This document shows, one piece after another, positions 47,086 to 55,843 of a stretch of DNA of 59,497 nucleotides. Every line of letters begins with the position of its first letter. The stretch's first letter is position 1. The notes under the pieces were generated by a model that saw only the letters and a program-made list of their open reading frames with translations, had not been told where the DNA came from and did no database searches. Origin of the DNA: Perkinsus chesapeaki ATCC PRA-425 (Eukaryota; Protista; Perkinsozoa); NCBI GenBank assembly GCA_013115145.1, contig JAAPAO010000162.1:1-59497 (forward strand), in the 5' to 3' direction. Made by a program: the position numbers and the translations under genes.

Positions 47086-50000
47086 CTAAGCGTCGTAATT
47101 GGGACATCTGATAGCCATACTGCATTGGGAACTACATTTTCCCCTTCGTCGTAGAAACTGCATTCCTCGGGCACCCAAAAAAGCGATCGGAATTCTGCGA
47201 GATTTACGTAGCATTTTCCGTTTTCTTTGCCAGCGTGTCTTGACTATAAGCGTATACCGAAGCAGCACTGAAGGGGGGTTACACCCACACTCGCTGAGTC
47301 CTGTGAACAAAAGGCAAATGTTATGTTTAAAGTAACTGTGGAAGGAAGCAATAATGATGACTAACAGTGATGGTTTAGTATTATTATTATCATCAGTAAT
47401 ATAACAGGTGATTTCACAGGTGGGGATATAACTAATACAAACAACGACATTTTATATATCATGCATCTTATGCTGCTTCAGTCACGGCTGCTCTCCCCGG
47501 GACACTGATACTGCACCTAATCAAACAACGTCCACGAGAAGAAGCTTAAGTCGTTTAAGCCTACTGCCAGCATCTGCCTCAGAGTGTCGATGATGCGACT
47601 TTCTTGCAGTCGATGTCCGGCTAGTAGGGCTGTGATCCTCGCCCGAGGAAGAGATGACGCTGGGGGGTGTTTGAGTCTCCGGTGTGCCACCAATGCTAAC
47701 TTCCAATACACTCGAGCCTGAGCTCAAAAAGTATCTTCAAGGATACAAAATAGGTCGACTTGCCTGCGGGTGAAGATTTCTTCTTGCTTCCCTTCAGCAT
47801 TTTAGTGAACCCTCTAAAAGGCTTCGGGACCGACCGACCTAAATTCCAAGTCATATATCCATTCCACCATGGATCCTACTGCCAGATTGCGAATGGTCCT
47901 TGGCATGTTGATCGACTGGTTCAACCTCCTCTGCATGGTGGGGTGCCAATGGTAAGGCAGATGCCTCTTTATCTGAATACCAGCATTGACTTTATTAATA
48001 CGCGTAATGTAAAGAAAATATATATCAACGAAAATAACGACATCAGATCAAACTGGTAAACAGCGTACGGGCTACAGTCACAAAACCAATGTAGCTCCTT
48101 ATTGGTAAAACAATTGTACATGAAGCTAGTCTGTATTTATAATAAACATGGACAAACAAAGAGTCTCCTTACATATTCTCTTGGCTAATACCTACAAATA
48201 CTGCCTAGCTATTGCCCACACTATCTTAACTGGTAGAGTGTAACAAGCTCTATATAGAGCAGCACCATATAAGTAAATGATGGTGTCACCATAAATGTAA
48301 GGTGCGATGATACATATCTTATAATGAAATGGAGTAGAACTAACGGTTAGTGTAGCAGATGGTTATTATATTACGATACATGTTGCACATATGGTGTCAA
48401 AGTTCCAATAATTGAGCCTCGAAAAAATACTTTGTACACACACATTTTAACACCCTTTATGATTGCATCCTCCAATAGCATTACCATAATTAACTGTCCC
48501 AACCTTCTCCTCTAGAGCCTGCTTAAGCTCTAGATTCTGGGAGAGCACAGTGCTGAAGTCTGATGATGCAAGTTGGGATTGGTGCAAAACAGATTCGTAT
48601 CTGAAAGAAAAGATAATCAGTAAGTGAGTTTCGGTCTAATAGCATGACAGCTCTTCGCTATAAGACTTGATAAATACAAAAAGACTACATAATATAAAAT
48701 ATGACAGTATACAATAACGATGCCACTCAGCGGCAGCCCCTGGTCAAGTGTTACAATACTATGTACATATATCGTATTTAGACTCAGTACTCTACTCCCT
48801 ATTAAACCCTAATCTGAAGTCTCATCAACCAGAAGTGTAGGAAATACCACTAACTTACCTTGACTCCATCGCTCGATACTTCTTGGACAACTGCTCAATC
48901 TTCGCATCACGATGTGTTACCTATTGCACATTTAGCTACACCTAATTCTGTAAGACACTTCTTGTGGAGATTATGATACTTTTCTACAAGCAGTGTGCTG
49001 TTGAATCTAAGGGCCTATGTTTGGCAGCCAGACTTTATGTGTCTACGTACCTGGCTCGTAAAACCATCTAGCTGATGGTATATTTCAATTTATCCCTCAG
49101 AGATTAAATAAGATCTCAATAAATGAAGAAGTCAATGCTCCTTCAAACCAAAGATAGAAGTTGTAAATGACGGCAATTTGGATAATCATCTAATGCTGCT
49201 ACCCAACGCATAGTGCTCCTTCCCATTAGGCCTACTACCTCGATCTCCAATGCAGAGTACTCAGTTTGCAGCTTGTCATGTGCCTTAGCCAGCGCTTGGA
49301 ACTTTGCGACAAGAGCTTCATACCTATAAATGCCGTTGCCAAGGATCGAACCTTCGCCGCCACTACTCATCCTTGGGGACCATATTATCCGGGGTATCCT
49401 GAGGCCCGACGCTCTTCCCTCCCGAAGTGGTGTCTGAATCCTGTGCACCACTTCCTACGGAAACCCCAAGGTGCTTCGCATCGGGGTCGAATATTTTATA
49501 CTGAAACGAATCGAGTGATGAAGTCTACCGAGCCTTCCTTGGCGCATTACAGACAGCCCAGAGGACTCTATTTTGTCCCGGGTGACTTTGGGTGGCACCG
49601 ATGCTATATCTGCCTTCATAGATATCATATTAGTGCCTTGGCAGGTCTGACCAACTCGGACGAAATGCCATTCTGAGGGAAGATTCGGGGGAAAGATGGT
49701 ATGAATTGTACTACCTCCTTGGTCGAAGACAAAGACCCCGACGATAACGCTGGGGTAATGGACAGAGCCTCCACCATCCGTTAAACGAACGAAAGTTGAT
49801 GAGACTGATGTTGTGGGAAGCTGAGTTAGTAGACCTGATAGGTCAAGCATGCATATTACACTGAGAAAAGATGCGCAAAGAGAAGCCGCAGACTGGTAGC
49901 AATACCCAATAGTGGACTTTATGCACATAATTGCACACACACGTTATCGGCGGATAAATATTCTGATTAAATCCTTGGAATTTCGTTACGTTTTCAGGAA

Positions 50001-51359
50001 ATTTCTGACAAAATCTGACGTTTTTCCCCATTCCTATTCAAGAAGATCCGGGAGCCCTACTGGGTAAGGGCAACAGCAGTATTGCCGGTACATGCACCTG
50101 TGGTTGCTTGAATGTAGCGGCGAGGAGACAAACATCCGAGAGAGACTCCGGCCTGTTTTCGCACCACCCTGCATTAGAGAGTTTATTCCCGATCCGGAAG
50201 TACTCAGGCTCATCTGACGATGATACCCAGATATCATCGCACTGCCTACTATTTGACCAAGCTATTTGCTATCCCTCCCCCTACTACCAGATTGTCTGCT
50301 TCTTTTAACCTGAGCCGCTAGTTTAGCTCCGAATTTGCGTTCAAATATATCATCACTAGTAGCCCTGTAAAGCACTCGACCATCGACCTCAGACTTGATC
50401 AAAAACTCAAGCCCTGGTAACTGAGGAGATGCCCTCTATTCCCTATCAGCAGCACCACCGACAAGCTCCTACATCCAATATGTTCTCATTGTTATAACAA
50501 CTAGCACACATAACAATAAGGCGATCCTCTTTTATTCGACTACAGTCCAGCAGGATGGAGCCTCCATCCGATTCATCCAGCGTCACAGCGCCTGAGTGGG
50601 GGCGAATGAGGGCCAATAGAGGGGCATGGGGTATTACCGTCACAGGCAGAGTGACTGTTGAAAAAGACCGTCCCATCGAGGACATAAGAACATGATGACG
50701 CTGAGTTGGTGAGCTCCCCTTGCCGTCGAAAGATACTAAAATAGGATAGTCAGATCCAAACTCGCCTGGAGAAGGGTTAAGATGTTCGGTGCAGCCAGAC
50801 ATTACTATTATAAGTAGCAACACGCCCCATTAATCATGCCCCACTAGAGAGTCATAAGCAGCTTCGAGGCACTCACCGTGTACAGGAAACATTCATTGAT
50901 ACATATAGAACGGAGGCTTCTGCGGAGGCTAGAGTGAATTTATTCCAAGTACTTGCACCGTAAGGCAGATTGCATCCCCAGTAGGTAGGTGTTGGAAGGG
51001 GAACTAAATGCTACTATCAATTTGGAAAGGACTGCTAGTAGGTGCAGTTGCTACGCAGCGCTAATGTATATACACCCCAGCAAGCAGCTTCACTAGGCCC
51101 TCTATTACCTCGCATGGAGATCAATCTCGACTTTAGGTGCCCGGCAAGTGACTCTACAAGGCACTGCTTGCGGTATCTCCCTCTTCGCATCAACTGCCGG
51201 CTTAGTCTGGCCCTCCGGACTCGCCTCAGGCGGTGACGTTTCAGGAGGCTGGACAGGCTCCCCAGATTTAGGGGAAGATGAGTTAGTCGTAGAGGAGGGC
51301 ATGCCGTTGAACGCCCGATGGATAATTGAAAATAAATCTGACGATTCCGTCTCGGACAA
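47086..51359 (-). CDS. Hypothetical multi-exon protein with coiled-coil middle and Ser/Pro-rich ends (boundaries uncertain; start probably ~51590)
   Basis: Exon-like segments: SETESSDLF...PPETSPPEASPE, VPKDEYEALVAKFQALAKAHDKLQTEY, RDAKIEQLSKKYRAMESR, LSQNLELKQALEEK, SSGEDHSPTSRTS. Confidence 0.45.
49324..49366 (-). other. 43-nt intron with T-arm/B-box-like motif
   Basis: gtagtggcggcgaaggttcgatccttggcaacggcatttatag; removal gives VPKDE|YEAL. Confidence 0.5.
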
Positions 51360-51608
51360 AAACTGAAGAATCTTAGGTTAATGTGTGAAAGATACGAAAC
51401 AGGCCAGAATCATCTGCATCCAAAGGTTCTTAAGGTTCCTCTCTGCCAAGAAGCCTTCCGATCCAGTCACCAATTGCTCCCTCAGACTCGCACTTCACTT
51501 CGGAACCTGGGGCCGAGCAACGCGCATAATAGCGTTGAGTAAGCTCAAGACTACGCAAGACTTCAAGATTGGTCCTATTTCCGCGATCCATCCCTCACAA
51601 TTGTTACG

Positions 51609-54160
51609 ATGGCGTACCCTCCCAAAAGCGACCCTTCCGTGAAGGCGAATAGCGAGATTGCTATTTCGACCTCTATCTCCCCCGCGAGAAGGTACAAACA
51701 ATTTTACAGAAATCCTATCAGAAAATCCGGCACTGGTTAGGGAAAAGTTGTTGGCCATTAAGAAGCGGGAAGAAATGAAGGACTTGCTTATAACTAAGCT
51801 GAAGAAGAAGCATTCCACCCATGAGGATCCCGACCAGGATGACTGCCGCAGTCAAAAGAGCGCAATGATAAAGCGAGAAGTTAACCGCTTATTGGATAAC
51901 ACCAATGCCCCTGTTACCGGTTAGTGTGGTTTTGTTAACATTAGAGCATTGAACCCTTTCAGAGGCTAATTTGGACAGGCTAGAGCGTCGGATTCAACGT
52001 AAGGTGGATACAGGCGCCCTCAAGGCAGATGATGAGGTACGGGGATAGAGCTGCTTTGCTGGCAGCAGATCTTTGGTAGATCTCTGTGGTTAGCGGTATC
52101 AGCGCTTATAGCCAGCGATCAGCTGGTAGCAGCTATAAAGGGAGGCCGAAGAGAGTTGGAGGGGGAGGAACTTTGGAGGCTATACCGGAGGGTATATAGA
52201 GATTTATAGGATAGCGTTTGGATAGGGTCATTAGATGACGAGAATTTGAGCGTTAACGGCAAGGGAGTAGAAGGCCAGAGACGATTCAATTGGAGCAGAC
52301 TTGATGAGTAAGCCGAGTGCCGGGATCGAACCTGGGACCTATGGGTTATAAGATACTCTCAATATCTACACGAGCAGGACAGCATTCGGCAAAAGCTCAA
52401 TGAGCTCGAGGTGAAGAAGCGCTTGTCTGAAGATTTGGGTCGGCAAGTGAGGCTTCGAAGGGACGTGACTGCGAGAAGTGCCGTTCCGACGTAGATACGG
52501 GATAGCCGGGCGAGGAAGACTCAAATCCAGGAAGAGGAAAAGAAGTAGTAGTGTTGGACATGGACATTTTGGTAGGGGATTTGGCAAGGTATCTTGAGAA
52601 CCAGCTGGTGGAGCTAGACGAGTGGCAGAAGTACGAAGATAAGGCTAATGCAGAGAGAAAGGAGAAGGCTATGAAGGTAAGGTGGCTGGGGATTGTGGAA
52701 GATGGTATTGTGGTGGTGGTAGGAACAAAGGGACAGACAGCTGCAGATCAATTTCGATAAGGCTAGGCAGGATAGGGAACTTGAAAAGCGAAGGTGAGGG
52801 GGTCGAAGTGAAGATAGTAGGAGGAAGTGTGGTAGGAATGAGGAGGCGAAACTGGTAGAGAAGATTACAAGGGAGATGGCTTTAGAGAAGCAGAAGATAC
52901 TAAAGAGGAAGCAGGTGAGGGATTCGCCCTTATCGAAGGCATTCAGCATACATAAAGGGGATTAGAATGCTAGGATGTGTAGGACCGCTCGCTGCACCGA
53001 GATTCTAAGCGGTCGTACAGTAGTTTAACGCGATCCCTAACTCTGGAATGATTATTCAAATAAGGAGTATTTGTTCATTATGGGATATTATATCTCATTA
53101 TCGTAATCATCAATTATTGTATTTTTTCTTGTTAGGCTCAAAGAGCGGCGATGGTCGCTATTATGAAGGAGAACGCCGAGGAACGTAAGATAAGGGAAGC
53201 AGAGAAGCTGAGGCAAATACAGTTCGATATCGAAAGCATGGCCGAATACAATAGGATTCTAGACGCCCAAGAGAAGGTGACATCCCTAGGGCTGGGCTCG
53301 ATTGGGGACTGCTGTGTCTGTAGGCTAGAAAGGATGAGTTGGAGGCTCGTGTTGCTAGGCAGAAGGCTTTAATGGAAGCTATGAAAGAAACGGTAAGGAG
53401 ATAGGGGGAAGTGAAGGGCATTGGTGAGGGTAGGTTGTAAAGGAGCAGAATGCGAAGGCTAATGAGATGCTCGAAAGGGCGGATAAGCAGCAGGCAGAGG
53501 CAAATGCAAGAGCTGAGGAGAGGGATAGATTGAAGGAAGAAAGGCTTAGGGATATGAGACATCAAACGCAAGAGTAGTGATGCTGCCGGGGATCGAACCA
53601 GGGTCGTTAGCATGCCAAGTGTGATAGTTACCTGTTCCAACAAATGGCAGAGAAAGAATCTCGTAAAAAGCATGCTCAAATGCTCAAGGATTTGCAAGCC
53701 CAGATTTTAGAGAGCGACACCAGAGCGTAGGACTATCAGTAATCGCCCTGTTACATGTCCCGTTAGTTACCTTGACAACGAGGCAATGCGAGCTCAGCAA
53801 CGAAGGGAATATAATATTGAACATAGGAAGCTATTGGAGAAGCAAATGAAGGATAAGTAATACTTAAGACGGAGATGTTTATTAATAGACTGGCGGGCCG
53901 TTTAAGGCCGCCTGAAGTTTACGTCCGGTAGAGTGTCGTTTGGTCCTTTAGGGAGCAGCAGAACGTCGTTGCGAAGTACGAGATGTCGCCAGTGGAGATC
54001 CGCATCAACCGTCAACTATTGAATGTTGTTGATAAGTCTCTAAAGGAGAGGGATGAGGCAATGGCGGGTAATAAGGGAATCTTGGTAGAGCTCATGGTGG
54101 TGGTCTTCAGTATTAGAGCACGAAGCAACGGAAGAGGAGGAAGTACATGAGGAAGAGTAA
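51609..54160 (+). CDS. Trichoplein/TPH-like coiled-coil protein (putative flagellar microtubule-inner protein), multi-exon
   Basis: REKLLAIKKREEMKDLLITKL, EANLDRLERRI, a long E/K/R/Q-rich helix, and C-terminal EMSPVEIRINRQLL. Stop 54158-54160 after final intron. Confidence 0.65.
52308..52352 (+). other. 45-nt intron antisense to a tRNA-like 3' half
   Basis: Splicing gives LDE|YSQYLHEQ. Reverse complement: CTTATAA-CCCAT-AGGTC-CCAGG-TTCGATC-CCGGC-ACTCGGC. Confidence 0.55.
53574..53627 (+). other. 54-nt intron antisense to a tRNA-like 3' half
   Basis: Splicing removes an in-frame TAG (QTQD|YLFQQ). Reverse complement: TTGGCAT-GCTAA-CGAC-CCTGG-TTCGATC-CCCGG-CAGCATC-A. Confidence 0.55.
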
Positions 54161-54444
54161 TTGAATAAGGGCATGCAGCGATGTGCATAGACAATAATGG
54201 TGTCGTAGTAGAAGGATGTATGTTGTGTTAAAGTGGCCTAAGTGGGGGAAAGTATTAACAACTACACCGTTAAAGGCTGAAATAGACATGAGTCGTTTTG
54301 GAATTGTATTTCCATTAGGGTGTTTAGTAGGATTTACTTAGAAATAAAATCGGTTTCCTGAATCTCAGCGCTAGATGGTGTAGTAGCCCAGTTAGACTAG
54401 TTCGAGGAGTTTGAGTTCATTAGACCGTCAACGTTCGTATTCCT

Positions 54445-55843
54445 ATGACGGATACAACACAGGCTTCAACGGCCAATGGAGACTATCTATTACAATATAT
54501 TGTGGTGCGAAAGGATCTGATGAAGGATAAAAAGGTATGGAATCAAGGCGCTGTTATAGCACAGGTAATATATTGGAGGATAGTCCTGCCTAGGAGATTA
54601 TGCTACCATTGCTGGCGTGATGGCTCGATGTGGGCGCCCGGTTACCCGGTCCTGTGAAGAAACGGTCCGGACCGGCCCGGAAGTCCTTCCAAATTCCGCT
54701 CCCCGTCCGTAAAGCGGATGAGTCCTGTCCGGTTTACTCCGGGGGAGAGCCGGGCTTACCGAACGAACCCTGTCCGGACTTGCCCGCGCCGGTCTGCGGC
54801 GAGGGCGAAGGGTAACGTGGCGTAAGGAAATTACCACCGCGGAAGGCCCACCAGAGGCGGGCCACCTCTGCTCTCACCGTAGCCATCGCCGATAGTTATG
54901 CTTAGAAACAGCTGGCTGGTGTGGAGGAACATGTTCGCACTGGTGTAGAGCAGCTAGAATTACTCAGCTTCCAAAATGATTATCCTTAGACCATCCGGGG
55001 TGATATTGATCCTTCGCTGTATGAATGCCTACGACTGATGGTCAGCAAAATGAGATCACTTTGCGCTGTTTCCTCGTGAGAAACTCTTTGGGGTTATGTC
55101 CTTCAATTCTGGGCTTTCACTACCGTCGAGCTCCAGTATCTCCTTCTTCCAGGCCTGTCACGCCTCCACTGCTGCCATTTATGAGAGTATTAAGGATGCT
55201 GATACTGTGAAGTATCTATCAGACATTGATAATATGACAAAGTGTGTGTTGAAGGCTGATGATGAGGAGACTCTGCGACGTCTCTCCGAGGTAATGAGAT
55301 CTACATCATCCTGCAGCTCCTGATTTGATGATGCCTTTCTCATGGGTTGCTGAAAAATCGACTGGTCGTTCAACTTTAAAGGTTAGCGAAATGCCAAGCA
55401 TGTAATCTCCAAAGAGCCACGTCTTTTAATCATTTGCAACGTAAAACTTTGAAGTTGAAATAAAAGCCTTGGCTGTTCGGTATTTTCCATGCTTTGGCCG
55501 CGGGCCATCGTCTCTGACTGGTGAATTCACTGCGTACTAGTACTACCGTTACTGTCCGTCAATATATTGTATGGTAATCACGGTCTCAATTGGGCTTGCC
55601 GCTGTTGCTTAAGTAGTCCACTTTCAGGAGCTGTCAGCAGCTAAGGTGCCCCACAAGCTATGGATAGAACAACCTGAGAATATCCCTACCGCCCTTGCCA
55701 CCGCCCCGGCCTACAAGTCTCGTATAGGCGGGTTTTTCAAAAATCTCAAGTTACTCCGGTGCTCCTTGTGCCTTGCGTTGCCGTCGTCTGTTAGCCTTCA
55801 GCTGCGTATCTTGTATCAGTCAACTTCATTTTCAATATGGTAG
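54445..55843 (+). CDS. PTRHD1: Peptidyl-tRNA hydrolase 2 family protein, PTRHD1-like (3 exons; 588- and 337-nt introns)
   Basis: LLQYIVVRKDL...GAVIAQ|ACHASTAA...MTKCVLK...|VPHKLWIEQPENIPTALATAPAYKSRIGGFFKNLKLL. Introns 54565-55152 and 55291-55627. Exact stop uncertain. Confidence 0.9.
54614..54890 (+). ncRNA. Candidate intronic structured RNA with RNase MRP/RNase P-like helix order
   Basis: Terminal helix GGCG(T)GATGGCT / AGCCATCGCC; GTTACCC (54641) / GGGTAAC (54810); hairpin CCGGTCC...GGACCGG; pseudoknot G(T)CCTTCC (54683) / GGAAGGC (54841). Markedly GC-richer than flanks. Folded by eye only. Confidence 0.5.
54976..55038 (+). ncRNA. Possible box C/D snoRNA
   Basis: C-like ATGATTA (54976), internal GTGA/TTGA and ATGAAT, D box CTGA (55035), weak CCA/TGG flanks. 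No target identified. Confidence 0.25.
55369..55465 (+). ncRNA. Long intronic hairpin followed by an H-box (possible H/ACA snoRNA 5' half)
   Basis: TTCAACTTTAAAG (55369) pairs with CTTTGAAGTTGAA (ends 55459), 13 bp with one G-U; inner GTTAGCGAAATG / CATTTGCAAC; immediately followed by ATAAAA (ANANNA). No clear ACA box found. Confidence 0.35.

Noticed and set aside
49640-49760. AVL9/DENN-like motif in ORF 49455-49940 (VGVFVF...FPPNLPSEW)
   Set aside because: The matching stretch looks like a GT...polypyrimidine-AG intron, so the similarity is probably artefactual.
54630-54815. 61-aa Pro/Gly-rich ORF (and antisense 54598-54837)
   Set aside because: PTRHD1 exons join without it; composition is explained by the GC-rich structured element.
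54614-54890. SRP RNA, U3, telomerase RNA or hammerhead identity for the intronic element
   Set aside because: No helix-8 CAGG/AGCAG motif, no U3 box set, no telomeric template, no CUGANGA/GAAA core on either strand.
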